Of a stretch of DNA of 64,000 nucleotides, positions 39,115-48,887 are shown in pieces. A program made the translations under genes and the position numbers. The notes under the pieces are model-generated. The model was not told the DNA's origin, searched no databases, and saw only the letters and a list, made by a program, of their open reading frames with translations. The DNA is from Planctomycetota bacterium (lineage in GTDB: Bacteria > Planctomycetota > UBA1135 > UBA2386), in contig OZ245006.1 in assembly GCA_965223545.1 (NCBI GenBank), positions 6,592,001 through 6,656,000 of the forward strand, given 5' to 3'. Within the stretch, counting starts at the first letter, position 1, and every line of letters starts with the position of its first letter.

Positions 39115-40103
39115 TGCGTGCTCGAACTCCTCTGATCATCGCGGCGATCGTCGCGTTCGCGTTGCTGTTCATCGTCTCCGGCGGCGTCTACACGGTGCAC
39201 GAGACCCAGCAGGTGATCGTCACCCAGTTCGGCAAGCCGGTCGGCGAACCGGTGACCGAGGCCGGCATGCACTTCAAGATCCCGTTCGTGCAGGAGGTGA
39301 ACCGCATCGACAAGCGGATCCTGGAGTGGGACGGGCAGCGCACCGAGATGCCGACCAAGGACAAGCTCTACATCTCGGTCGACACCTACGGTCGCTGGCG
39401 GATCACGGATCCGCTCGAGTACTTCTTGCTCCTGCGTGACGAGCGCAGCGCGCAATCGCGGCTCGAAGACATTCTCGGCAGCGAGACCCGCAACGCGATT
39501 GCCAAGCACGACCTTGTCGAGGTCGTGCGCACCGACAAGGACCGCCAGCCGGAGCGCGACGAGACGCTGGCGGCGGCGACCACGGGCGGTTCCTCGGGCA
39601 GCCAGGTCGGGAACCTGCAATCGATCAGCAAGGGCCGGAAGATGATCGAGCGGGAGATCCAGGCCGCGGCCCGCGCCAAGCTGGCCCAGTTCGGCATCGA
39701 GCTGCTCGACGTGCGCTTCAAGCGCATCAACTACAACCAGAGCGTGGTCGAGAAGATCTACGACCGCATGGAGACCGAGCGCCAGCAGATCGCCTCGCGC
39801 TTCCGCTCCGAGGGCGAGGGCGAGGCTGCGAAGATCCTCGGCAACAAGGAGCGCGATCTCAGCGAGATCGAATCGGAGGCCTACCGCTCGGTGCAGACGA
39901 TCCGCGGCGAGGCCGATGCGCGCGCCACCGAGATCTACGCCAACGCCTACGACCAGAGCCCGGAGGCCCGTGCGCTGTACGAGTTCGTCAAGACGATGGA
40001 CACGCTCAAGCGCGTCGTCGGCGAAGACAGCACGATCGTCTTCTCCACCGACGGCGACCTGTTCAAGTTCTTGAACCGAGCCGCCGGCGGCGACGGCGAG
40101 TAG
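39111..40103 (+). CDS. hflC: FtsH modulator HflC
   Basis: VIVTQFGKP, DVRFKRI, RMETERQQIA, RGEADA. Confidence 0.93.
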   Translation: MMRARTPLIIAAIVAFALLFIVSGGVYTVHETQQVIVTQFGKPVGEPVTEAGMHFKIPFVQEVNRIDKRILEWDGQRTEMPTKDKLYISVDTYGRWRITDPLEYFLLLRDERSAQSRLEDILGSETRNAIAKHDLVEVVRTDKDRQPERDETLAAATTGGSSGSQVGNLQSISKGRKMIEREIQAAARAKLAQFGIELLDVRFKRINYNQSVVEKIYDRMETERQQIASRFRSEGEGEAAKILGNKERDLSEIESEAYRSVQTIRGEADARATEIYANAYDQSPEARALYEFVKTMDTLKRVVGEDSTIVFSTDGDLFKFLNRAAGGDGE

Positions 40104-40122
40104 TGCGGCGCGGCCGCCGCGC

Positions 40123-41256
40123 TCAGTTGAGGCAGCGGCGGCTGTTGCGGAACGCGATGATCGTGTTGCGCGAGCCCGCACTGAACGTGTTCGCGCAGGT
40201 GATGAACGCGTTCATCGTGAAGCGTCGGCAGCTGCAGTGGCCGGCGTTCCAGGTGTGGCCGAGCTCATGCGCCGACAGGTCGGTGGCGCAGGAGAAGTTG
40301 TTGTTGAAGTCGGACTGCACCACGCTGAAGCCGTAGTTGAGGTTGCACACGGTGCCGAGATAGGCGATGCCGATGGTGCCACCGGAGATGTCCTTGCCGG
40401 TGAACATCTGCACCACGTCGCGCGGCCCGCTGACGTTGCGCCACGCGCGGCGCACCTCGGCGAGCATGCGGGTGGCCCGCCTGCTCTTGTATGGATCGCT
40501 CGAGTTCGAGCGGATGATGACCCTGCCCAACACGTGCGTGATTCCGACCTCGTTCTGGTACTGCCGGTTCATCGTGTTGATGACGCTTTCGATGCGGGCC
40601 CGCGTGTTGCTTCCCCATCGCCGGTAGTACTCGTAGTCCGTGTCGATGCCGAGCTCGGCAGTTCCGGCGGTACGCGCCGTGGACGAGGAGGGACCGCCCA
40701 CTCCGGCATCCTGCGGCGCGATGCGCAGGCTGTTGTCCGTGCCGCAAGAATGCGCGCCCATGATCACGTCGCGGGTCTGGTACAGTGCGTGCCATTCGCT
40801 GCCCGCGCGGACGCCCAGTGGCGCCACGGGCTGGATCCAGTAGTCATCACCCTGTCCGCCGATGACGCGTGCCCAAAGGCCGCCCATCATCCAGGAACCG
40901 GCGACCTCGCTGTTCGGGTCGCCGACCACGGTGCCCCGGTAGGTGCGGACCGGCTCGGGCGGCAATGGCACCAGGCTGCCGTCGTCGCGCTGCTCGAAGG
41001 CGGCGTAGTTCGGACCGCGCACCGAATACGGCTGCAGCGACAGCACGATCGGGTCGGCGCCGGTGTCGATGGCGACCACGAGGGGGGTGCCGACCGTTCC
41101 GAGCTTGCGCACCATCGCGAGGTGCGCATCGCGGACCGAGAGGGCCTGCTCCACCTGGTCGCGGACCTCAGGTCCGGGGACGGACTGCGTGGCGGTGGGC
41201 GCGCACAGCGCACCGGCGAGGGCGAGGGAGAGAAGAGACGAGGTTCGCGTCAGCAT
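40123..41256 (-). CDS. Secreted M12/reprolysin-like zinc metallopeptidase
   Basis: Signal peptide, prodomain with cysteine-switch-like SCG, HELGHTWNAGH, Met-turn FTMN. Confidence 0.88.
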   Translation of the reverse strand: MLTRTSSLLSLALAGALCAPTATQSVPGPEVRDQVEQALSVRDAHLAMVRKLGTVGTPLVVAIDTGADPIVLSLQPYSVRGPNYAAFEQRDDGSLVPLPPEPVRTYRGTVVGDPNSEVAGSWMMGGLWARVIGGQGDDYWIQPVAPLGVRAGSEWHALYQTRDVIMGAHSCGTDNSLRIAPQDAGVGGPSSSTARTAGTAELGIDTDYEYYRRWGSNTRARIESVINTMNRQYQNEVGITHVLGRVIIRSNSSDPYKSRRATRMLAEVRRAWRNVSGPRDVVQMFTGKDISGGTIGIAYLGTVCNLNYGFSVVQSDFNNNFSCATDLSAHELGHTWNAGHCSCRRFTMNAFITCANTFSAGSRNTIIAFRNSRRCLN

Positions 41257-41578
41257 GGGGACGTCCTTTTCGGGATCGTGAGTGCGACTGTCTTGGCAGG
41301 AGCCGCAATGCGGCCCTGAGCATAGAGTGTCGAACTCTGCCCGTCGCGGAATTGGCAGCACGGCGGTGGAACTCCGGCCGGTGCCGCCCCGCCTCTAGAA
41401 CTTTCCCGAGTTGCCCGTGTCGTTCGGCACGGCCTCCGCGTTCGTCCATCGTTCGACAATCCGCTCGTCCTCGAGCCTGAAGATGTCGAAGACCGCGTGG
41501 GCCTGCGCGCCGATGTCTACCTTGCTGTATGTCACGACGAAGTTGCCCTGGCCAACGAGTCGAAAGACCTCGCAGTAC

Positions 41579-41777
41579 CTCAGCGCGGCCGGGGCCGCAA
41601 CCAAACACGGATGCCGCTCTTGCCGGAGCGGGTTGGAAGGCCGGACACATCCGCCGCCGCGCTGAGCCAGGAGGCACTGTCTCTCCGAGCCTCCGGCGCG
41701 GCGGCGTTGTCGCCATGGCAGCGACGTCGCCTCGAAAATGTTGTCGAAGCTCGAAGATTCGAGGCGCCGGAGGCTCA
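41579..41777 (-). mobile_element. TGAG-bounded two-hairpin element, copy A (in frame within a CDS)
   Basis: Homologous to 53346-53547 and 60396-60596; TGAG direct repeats 195 bp apart. Confidence 0.85.
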
Positions 41778-42297
41778 CCGCGTCACCGGGTGTGCCGCAG
41801 CCACTCAGTCGTGCGGTCCAGGCGCTCGCGTTGTGTCCCACCCCAGGCTCGTGCTGGATCAGGTCCTCGGCGACGAAGTCTGCGATGCGGTCCAGAGCCC
41901 GGCCCACGAGTACCTCGGCGGCGAACTCGGCGACGACGGCCTTGTTTCGGTCCGTGCTCTCCAGATCGAGGGTCTGGGTTGGCCCGTCCGCCTGCGATGC
42001 GTCCTCCCACGGAGCGATGACGTCCCAGTGTTCGACGATGAGGTCGTTCTCGTCGGTGTCGAACAAGTCGGTGGTCAGCCACCGCGCTTGACCCTGATTC
42101 AGGATTTGGCCGACGTGGCAGAACACGTACCGGCCATCCTCGATGGCGCGGATGACTCGAATGTCCCGGTGGGGGGTGCGCTGCACGAACGGCTCGAAGA
42201 ACGCGACGAAGCCTTCGACGCCATCGGCGACTCCGGTCGAGTGCTGCGTGTAGCGGGCACCGGTGTACTTCGTGACGGCCTCGCGAACGTTGCCGTC

Positions 42298-43543
42298 AAA
42301 ACTGCAGCCCTTCCGTGGGCCTGGCTAGCTGAGAGACGCTGACCGAGACGTAACCGGAGCCCTCTTCCGAGTCACTGGAAGTGACGCAGGGCCAACTGCG
42401 CAACGGTGCCCTTTTGGTCCCCCCCGCGTTGTGTCTCGGAGGTCGCCGATGTTCGTTCCCCCGCGTTGCCCCAACTCAGCTTGCCCGCACAACCGCAGCC
42501 CGCGGCCCGGCTTCTTCGTACGCCGTGGCTACTACTACCCCAAGTGCCGCGCCCAAGGCGTGCCGCGCTTTCGCTGCCGCCATTGCCGGCAGGGCTTCTC
42601 GCGGCAGACGTTCCGCATGGATTACCGCGACCACAAGCCCGACCGCAACGCCTGGATCGTCATGTTGCTCTGCTCTGGCCTGGGCCTGCGACAGACCGCA
42701 CGCCTCACCGGGCTCACGGCGCGCAACACCGAGATGAAGTTCCGCAAGATCGGTCGCCACGTCCGCCGCCTGAACAACAACTTACGGGGTGACCTGCCGG
42801 TCGGCTCGAGCTTGCAGTTCGACGAACTCGAGAGCTACGAGGGCCGCCGCAACACGCGGCCCCTGACGCTGCCTGTCTTGATCGAGCGCGGGAGCCGCTT
42901 CATCCTCGCAGCGCGGTCGGCCCCGATCCGCCCCGGTGGCCCCAAACCGGCTGCGCGCCGGCGAGCGATAGAGGCCGACGCGCGGCGGTTTGGCCGGCGG
43001 CCGTCGCGGTCGCGCGCGGCAACGCGCAATGCGCTGTGCCGGGGCGCGCGCGCTTGCACTCGGTTGACCACCGTGTTGCTCGAAACGGACGAGAAAACGA
43101 CCTACTCAGGACTCGCGAGGGGCATTTTCGGCGCGCGGCTCGAGCACCGGCGAACACCAAGCACGCTGCCGCGCGAGACCTGGAATCCGCTGTTCGCGAT
43201 CAACCATACCGAGGCAATGGCGCGCGACCTCAACGGTCGTCTGCGGCGCGAGTCCTGGCTGGTCAGCAAGAAGCGCTGTTTCCTCAACCTGCAGCTGCAC
43301 ATCTACACCGCGTACCGCAACTTCACGCGACCGCGCTTCAACTTCGACCGAGACACGCCGGCGATGCTGGTTGGCTGGCTGCCCCAGAAGTTGCGGCTGA
43401 ACCAGGTGCTATCCTGGCGCCAGGACTGGGGCACGCGCAGCGGCCATCCGCTGGATCGAAACGCAAAACCGATCGAGAACTTCCTGAAGAGCTCTGCCTG
43501 ACTTTCTTGCGGCCGTGCCGGACCACGGAAGGGCTGCAGTTCG
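42298..43543 (+). mobile_element. IS1-family-like insertion sequence, 1246 bp
   Basis: 19-bp perfect IR AACTGCAGCCCTTCCGTGG (42300-42318, 43523-43541); 9-bp TSD GTTGCCGTC (42289-42297, 43544-43552). Confidence 0.93.
42449..43501 (+). CDS. IS1-like transposase (Zn ribbon, HTH and DDE in one ORF)
   Basis: GGAGG RBS; CPNSAC...RFRCRHC, GLRQTARLTG HTH, QFDE, ETDE. Confidence 0.85.
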   Translation: MFVPPRCPNSACPHNRSPRPGFFVRRGYYYPKCRAQGVPRFRCRHCRQGFSRQTFRMDYRDHKPDRNAWIVMLLCSGLGLRQTARLTGLTARNTEMKFRKIGRHVRRLNNNLRGDLPVGSSLQFDELESYEGRRNTRPLTLPVLIERGSRFILAARSAPIRPGGPKPAARRRAIEADARRFGRRPSRSRAATRNALCRGARACTRLTTVLLETDEKTTYSGLARGIFGARLEHRRTPSTLPRETWNPLFAINHTEAMARDLNGRLRRESWLVSKKRCFLNLQLHIYTAYRNFTRPRFNFDRDTPAMLVGWLPQKLRLNQVLSWRQDWGTRSGHPLDRNAKPIENFLKSSA

Positions 43544-43729
43544 GTTGCCGTCGCGGATTCCCGACATGTAGAGAGCAATCGCGTGATCGAGCTTGCGGGT
43601 CACAGCGTTCTCCAACGGGCTTCGGGTGAGGGGAGGCGGTGGGCGAGATCCGCGCTGGATTCGCAATAGACAGGGAGCCCGAAGTGCGTGCATAATACAC
43701 GGAGTTGGCTCCCGTGACCCAGGCGGCGT

Positions 43730-44179
43730 ATGACGGTGCGGATCGACCCGAGAGCATCACCGGGATTTCTTGTGGGGCGCGTCGCCCACGAGCTGAAGCT
43801 CAAGGTTCAGGCATTCCTCGATGCCGATGGCATTGCGCAGTCGGCCGAAGAGATCAGTATCCTGACCGTGCTGGCGCACTTGCAGCGACCGCATCGGATG
43901 AGGCCGCTTGGGCGTCTGCTCGGCAGAGATCCGACCACCGTCAGTCGTCAAGTGGCGAGCCTCGAGCGAGCGGGTCTGGTCCGGCGCTCGTCGTCCCCTG
44001 GCGATCGTCGAGCCGTCCAGGTTGACTTGACGCGCCGTGGTGCACTGTTGGTCGAGCGCACGATGCCCCGGACTCTGGCGCTCCGACGCCAGGCCTTACA
44101 GGGCCTCGCGAACGAGGACCGCGAGACACTCGTCAGATCCCTGCAACGCATGTTGCACAACCTTCGCGCGCAGGAGTGA
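43730..44179 (+). CDS. MarR family regulator
   Basis: DPTTVSRQVASLERAGLVRR...DRRAVQVDLTRRG; divergent from the SnoaL gene. Confidence 0.92.
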   Translation: MTVRIDPRASPGFLVGRVAHELKLKVQAFLDADGIAQSAEEISILTVLAHLQRPHRMRPLGRLLGRDPTTVSRQVASLERAGLVRRSSSPGDRRAVQVDLTRRGALLVERTMPRTLALRRQALQGLANEDRETLVRSLQRMLHNLRAQE

Positions 44180-44508
44180 CTCGAGTGTCAACGCTGAAGA
44201 TCTTCGTCGCGGTAGCCTTCTTCGCAGCGGGTGGAGCCAAGCTGGCGACCGCGAAGCCGCTCCTCGACCAATTCCGCGAGTTCGGCCTTCCGCGTGTGGC
44301 GATGTATGTGGTCGGTGCGCTGGAGATCGCCGGCGCCATCGGCTTGTTCGTCGAGGGGGTCGCTCCGTGGGCAGCGCTTGGGCTGACGGCTTTGATGGTG
44401 GGAGCCGTTGCCAACCATCTCAAGGCGAAGCACGCGTTCGGCAAGTGCGCGCCTTCGGCCGTGCTCGCGGTGCTGACGGCTGTCCTGGTTCTGATGCTCT
44501 GGGAGTGA
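44176..44508 (+). CDS. DoxX family membrane protein
   Basis: FFAAGGAKL, VGALEIAGAIGL, MVGAVANH. Confidence 0.85.
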   Translation: MTRVSTLKIFVAVAFFAAGGAKLATAKPLLDQFREFGLPRVAMYVVGALEIAGAIGLFVEGVAPWAALGLTALMVGAVANHLKAKHAFGKCAPSAVLAVLTAVLVLMLWE

Positions 44509-44566
44509 CCGCCGAGCGTACCCGTCGGGGAGCGCGAGAGCGGCAGGCTGCGTCGGCGCACATGGC

Positions 44567-45055
44567 CTATCCACGAGCCAGCAAGCGCAGGCGGCGCAAG
44601 TGCTCGGCCCAGGTCTCGCCGAGGCTCCGCAGGAAGGGCGTGACGTCGGCGCCGTGGCGCACCGGATGGTCGGGGCGCAAGCTGGCCCAGCCGCGGTGCT
44701 CGACGGTGACCTTGGTCGCCTCGGCAGCTGCATCGGTCGGGTGGAAGGTGACGTCGACCACCGTTTCCTCGTCTTCGGCGAAGTTCGGTCCCCGCCAGCT
44801 GAAGGTCAGTCGCTCACCCGGCACCCACACGCGGATCGTGCCGACCACGTAGAGCTCGGGCGTCTGGCCGTCGGCGTAGGCCTCGACGAGTCGGCCGCCC
44901 ACGCCTGGCTCGAACCGCAGCCGTCCATCGCGGCCGGGGCTGAACTGGTAGGCAGGGCCGCGCTTCCACCACAGTCCGATCTCTTGGGTGAACAGATCGA
45001 ACGCGGCCGGCGGCGCGAGGGGTACGGTGGTCGAAACGCGCGCGAAGTCGCTCAC
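44567..45055 (-). CDS. SRPBCC/AHSA1-like protein
   Basis: AFDLFTQEIGLWW, EPGVGGRLVE, VWVPGERLTFSW, TKVTVEHRGW. Confidence 0.85.
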   Translation of the reverse strand: MSDFARVSTTVPLAPPAAFDLFTQEIGLWWKRGPAYQFSPGRDGRLRFEPGVGGRLVEAYADGQTPELYVVGTIRVWVPGERLTFSWRGPNFAEDEETVVDVTFHPTDAAAEATKVTVEHRGWASLRPDHPVRHGADVTPFLRSLGETWAEHLRRLRLLARG

Positions 45056-45402
45056 TTTCGTTGCCGGCGTGCATGCGCCGCGAATGCGTTCAGCTGGTCG
45101 CTCCAGAACGCTTCGACTTGGTCGAGCCAGGCGCGCAGGGCGACGAATGGTTCGCGTCGTAACCGGAACACGCGCACGCGGGCGTCGTCCGCGATGCGGT
45201 CGGCGGAGGCGACTCCAGCTGCGCACAGCACCTTGAGGTGGCGGCTGATCGCGGCCGGCGGCTTGCCGAGCAGGTCTGCCAGCTCGCCGGCGCGGAGGGG
45301 GCGCCGGCGAAGGTGTTGGATCAGTGCCCGGCGCGTCGGATCGCCCAACACGGTGAACAGGTCGTGGACTTGGTCCCGGTCTCGCGAGCGCAGTCGCGTC
45401 AT
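45052..45402 (-). CDS. ArsR/SmtB family regulator
   Basis: LGDPTRRALI, AISRHLKVL, FWSDQL. Confidence 0.9.
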   Translation of the reverse strand: MTRLRSRDRDQVHDLFTVLGDPTRRALIQHLRRRPLRAGELADLLGKPPAAISRHLKVLCAAGVASADRIADDARVRVFRLRREPFVALRAWLDQVEAFWSDQLNAFAAHARRQRK

Positions 45403-45836
45403 GTGCTGCGGTGCTCGGCGGCGCGGCGGCGCATCTCTTCGGGGTCTACGTCTTCGATGTGGGTGGCGACCCACCAGAAGTTGCCTTGTCGATCGCTTAC
45501 CCCAGCGCTGCGGTCGCCGTAGAACTGGTCGGTAGGCGGGTAGATGGTCTGTGCGCCCTGCGCCAGCGCGCGTTCGTAGACCGCGTCGACGTCTTCGACG
45601 TACACGTACAGCGAGCTGGGGATCGGCTTCCACTGATCGCGGGCCTGGCCCAGCATCACCACCGAGTCGCCGATGCGGATCTCGGCGTGCGCGATCTCGC
45701 CACCCGGGAGCTCGATCAGCTCGTGCTCCACCGCGCCGAAGACGTCGCGGGTGAAGGCGATGGTGGCCCGGATGTCGGGGACGATCACGTACGGCGTGAC
45801 GGTGTTGTAGCCGTCGGGGATGGGGGAGACGGTCAT
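45399..45836 (-). CDS. VOC/glyoxalase (PhnB-like) protein
   Basis: PDGYNTVTPY, HAEIRIGDSVVM, DQFYGDRSAGVSD. Confidence 0.9.
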   Translation of the reverse strand: MTVSPIPDGYNTVTPYVIVPDIRATIAFTRDVFGAVEHELIELPGGEIAHAEIRIGDSVVMLGQARDQWKPIPSSLYVYVEDVDAVYERALAQGAQTIYPPTDQFYGDRSAGVSDRQGNFWWVATHIEDVDPEEMRRRAAEHRST

Positions 45837-45856
45837 GGGAGCGGAGGGTAAACTAA

Positions 45857-45872
45857 TTGACAATATTGTCAA
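45857..45872. promoter_or_regulatory. Perfect 16-bp palindrome, likely ArsR operator
   Basis: TTGACAATATTGTCAA, 20 nt upstream of the VOC-ArsR-SRPBCC operon. Confidence 0.7.
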
Positions 45873-45945
45873 ATATTGATGCGGAAAGAAAATTGAGCGG
45901 ATCAGTCCGTGGTTGGCGTCGCCGGCGCCGTTTAGGCTGCGCGGC

Positions 45946-47325
45946 ATGCATGCGTCGGCGCTGGCACCCCTGCTGTGGGTGGTGGTCTCGGTCTCGTTGT
46001 GCGGCGCCGCGCCGTGCGCCCAGCATCCGCGGGTGTTGTTCCTGACGCACTCGGCGGGATTCGAGCACGCCGTGGTCAAGCGCGTGCAGAAGGGCCGCGC
46101 CGCGGTGGCCGAGAAGGCGTTGAGCGACGCAGCCCGCGGCCAATTCGAGGTGGTCGCGAGCCAGGACTGCGGTGTGATCAACGCCCGGGATCTCGCGACC
46201 TTCGACGCGGTGGTGTTCTACACCACCGGCGAGCTGCCGATCGACGAGGTGGGTCGGGCGGCCCTGCTCGACTACGTGCGTGGCGGGGGCGCGTTCGTCG
46301 GTGTGCACTCCGCGACCGACACGTTCTACCAGTGGCCGGAGTACGGTGCGCTGCTGGGTGCCTACTTCGACGGCCACCCGTGGAACCAGGCGGTCGCCGT
46401 GCAGGTCGAGCACCCGCGCCATCCCGCCACCGCGCACTTGGGCGCGACCTGGCGGGTCGCCGACGAGATCTACCAGTTCAAGCAGTGGACCCGCGCCGAC
46501 CACACGGTCTTGCTCAGCCTCGCGCCGGAGGGGGCGGACTTGTCGCGGGGCAAGCGCGCCGACCGCGACTACCCGCTGGCGTGGTGTCACGACGTCGGCG
46601 AGGGGCGTGTGTTCTACACCGCGCTCGGCCACCGTCTCGCGCTGTGGGGGGACCGCGTGTTCTTGCATCACTTGCTCGGCGGCATTCGCTGGGCGATTGG
46701 CGACGAACGCGTGTTGGGCCGGGCTCCAGAGGGAGCCACCGTGCTGCTCGGTGCCGCGCTCCAGCCGAACGCCTGGCAACATCCCGACGGCGAGCCAGTG
46801 CGCTGGCGAGCCGTCGGAGACGGTGACGACCGCGGCCTCGAGGTCGTGCCGAAGGCCGGCAGCATCGTCACCAGGCAGGCCTTTGGCGACTTCCGGCTGC
46901 ACGTCGAGTTCCGCGTGCCGCGAGAATCCGCGGCGGACCGCGGCCAGGCCCGCGGCAACAGCGGCGTCTACCTGCAGCGCCGCTACGAGGTGCAGATCCT
47001 CGACTCGCACGGCCAAGAGCCGCGGGCCGATGGCTGCGGCGCGCTCTACCGCCAACGCGCGCCGGCGCGCAATGCGAGCCGCCCGCCCGAGGAGTGGCAG
47101 AGCTACGACATTTGGTTTTCGGCCGCGCGCTTCGACGAGGCCGGCGAGAAGCTGGAGGACGCGCGCATCACCGTGCTGCACAACGGTTGGCTGATCCACG
47201 ACGACGTTGCGCTACCCGACAAAACCGGCGCTGGCCGGTCGGAGGGCCCTGAGCCCGGCCCGATCCTCCTGCAGGACCACGGCGACCCGGTGCGGTTCCG
47301 CAACGTGTGGATCGAGCCGATGTAG
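45946..47325 (+). CDS. ThuA-like domain plus DUF1080 fusion, secreted
   Basis: GFEH, FVGVHSATD, FDGHPW, GRVFYTALGH; FGDFRLHVEF, GNSGVY, YEVQILD, LQDHG...FRNVWI. Confidence 0.88.
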   Translation: MHASALAPLLWVVVSVSLCGAAPCAQHPRVLFLTHSAGFEHAVVKRVQKGRAAVAEKALSDAARGQFEVVASQDCGVINARDLATFDAVVFYTTGELPIDEVGRAALLDYVRGGGAFVGVHSATDTFYQWPEYGALLGAYFDGHPWNQAVAVQVEHPRHPATAHLGATWRVADEIYQFKQWTRADHTVLLSLAPEGADLSRGKRADRDYPLAWCHDVGEGRVFYTALGHRLALWGDRVFLHHLLGGIRWAIGDERVLGRAPEGATVLLGAALQPNAWQHPDGEPVRWRAVGDGDDRGLEVVPKAGSIVTRQAFGDFRLHVEFRVPRESAADRGQARGNSGVYLQRRYEVQILDSHGQEPRADGCGALYRQRAPARNASRPPEEWQSYDIWFSAARFDEAGEKLEDARITVLHNGWLIHDDVALPDKTGAGRSEGPEPGPILLQDHGDPVRFRNVWIEPM

Positions 47326-47343
47326 GCGAGCGGCGCCGTCGTT

Positions 47344-48846
47344 TCAGCGCCCGGCCTGGGCGGGCGCGCGCAGCTCGAGGCAATGCAGCTCCTCCTGCGA
47401 GCGCATCAGCAAGAGGCCGCCGGCCAACGCCATCGGCGCCCACATCCGGTAGTCACGGCGCAGGTTCTCGGTGCCGAACACGTTGGCCTCCGCCAGCTGG
47501 TGGTAGCGCTCGGGGTCGGGCGCGACCGAGCGGAGCACCCCGCTGTGGCCGTCCTGGATGTAGAGCACACCGCCGGCCGCCAGCGCATTGCCGCGGCCGA
47601 AGAACGGTTCCGCCCCCGTGCGCCACCGCTCGTTGCCGGCGAGGTCCAGGCACAACAGCCCGCCCTCGCCGTGTCGCGAGCGGTGGGTGTTGAAGTTCTC
47701 GTTGACCAGCACGTAGAGGTGGTCGTCGAGCAGGATCGGCGGGTGGATGTGCGAGCCGCGCGAGTTGCGGAACAGCTCGCGCACCGCGAACGCGTCGTCC
47801 TCGCCGCGCGTCACCTCGATCATCAGTGAGCCCGAGCGGTAGCCGCCGGTGAGGAACACGCGGGTCTCGTCGATCTGCAGCGGCGGGCAGACCGGCTGCC
47901 AGCAGAAGTACAGATCCGTGCTCCACAGCGGCGCGCCGCTGCGCACGTCGAAGCTCGCGACCGAGCCGACGCCGTCCTTGAAGCGGCTGCTGGTGAGGCC
48001 TCCGCCCGACGAGCGGCCGCTGCGTGCGCCCTCCTCGCGCGCGCGCTCCCAGCGGCGCCGGCGCTCGGCGAGCTCTTCCGCGGTCGGTGCGCTCCGGTTC
48101 TCGCCACCGCGGGAGAACATGTTCGGCCCGCCCACCGGAACACCCTTGGCCGACAAGAACACGATCTGCGCCGTGCCACCGAGGTCCATGAGCGTCGGCG
48201 TCGAGTGCGAGGTGCCGAGGTCGCCGGTGCGCCACACCTCCTCGCCGGTGTGCCGGTTCAGGGCGACCAAGCCCGCATCCTTCGCCATCGGTGTGACGAT
48301 CAGCAGGTCCTCGAACAGCACGGGTGACGCGACGAAGCCGTAGCCCGGGGTGACGCCGTCGAAGTCGTCGACCAAGTGCACGCTCCACACCGCTTCGCGG
48401 CTCTCGCGGTCGATGCAGTGCACGTGCCCGAACGCCCCGGTGACGTAGACGTGCCCTTCCGTGACCGCGGGCACGGAGCGCGAGCCCATGTAATCGAAGC
48501 GGCCGGGTGCCTCGTGCCGCCATCGCCAGAGCTCTGCTCCGCTCTCCAGGTCGAGCACGCGCAGCAGGTCGGCCTCCGCCTGGATGCGGTCGAACACGAA
48601 CACCTCGCCGTCGCGCACCGCGGCGCCGCCGTAGCCGGGCCCGAGCTCCGCCGTCCACAGGGTGGCGGGGCCGGCGTCGGGCCATCGCGCGGCGAGGCCG
48701 GTCTCGGTCGAAGTGCTGTTTCCGGCGGGACCGAGGTAGCACGGCCAGTCCGCCGCCGCGTCCTGGGCCAGGCCGGATGCGGCGCCGAGACCGCCGAAGA
48801 GGAACGCCGCGGCCAGCGGCCGCAGGGGGGCGGTCGGAGCGTGCAT
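47344..48846 (-). CDS. PQQ-binding-like (BamB-like) beta-propeller protein
   Basis: DWPCYLGP, repeated LDxxSGxELW blades, WAPMALAGG. Confidence 0.88.
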   Translation of the reverse strand: MHAPTAPLRPLAAAFLFGGLGAASGLAQDAAADWPCYLGPAGNSTSTETGLAARWPDAGPATLWTAELGPGYGGAAVRDGEVFVFDRIQAEADLLRVLDLESGAELWRWRHEAPGRFDYMGSRSVPAVTEGHVYVTGAFGHVHCIDRESREAVWSVHLVDDFDGVTPGYGFVASPVLFEDLLIVTPMAKDAGLVALNRHTGEEVWRTGDLGTSHSTPTLMDLGGTAQIVFLSAKGVPVGGPNMFSRGGENRSAPTAEELAERRRRWERAREEGARSGRSSGGGLTSSRFKDGVGSVASFDVRSGAPLWSTDLYFCWQPVCPPLQIDETRVFLTGGYRSGSLMIEVTRGEDDAFAVRELFRNSRGSHIHPPILLDDHLYVLVNENFNTHRSRHGEGGLLCLDLAGNERWRTGAEPFFGRGNALAAGGVLYIQDGHSGVLRSVAPDPERYHQLAEANVFGTENLRRDYRMWAPMALAGGLLLMRSQEELHCLELRAPAQAGR

Positions 48847-48887
48847 GGGCTTGGAGCTTACGCCCGAAGCGTCTCCCGTGCCGCGCC

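Larger units (their letters stand above)
41395..43603 (-). pseudogene. Double SnoaL/NTF2-like gene interrupted by an IS and carrying an in-frame 195-bp insertion
   Basis: GTG 43603 MTRKLDHAIALYMSGIRDGN joins VREAVTKYTGARYTQHS...IVEHWDVI after removing the IS and one TSD; removing the 195-bp element restores GDAVRYCEVFRLVGQGNF. Confidence 0.88.

Noticed and set aside
38119..40103. hflKC as part of the SigK-type regulon
   Set aside because: Only adjacency supports it; the TGCAWCC-CGAA motif is absent from 38049-38118, though read-through cannot be excluded.
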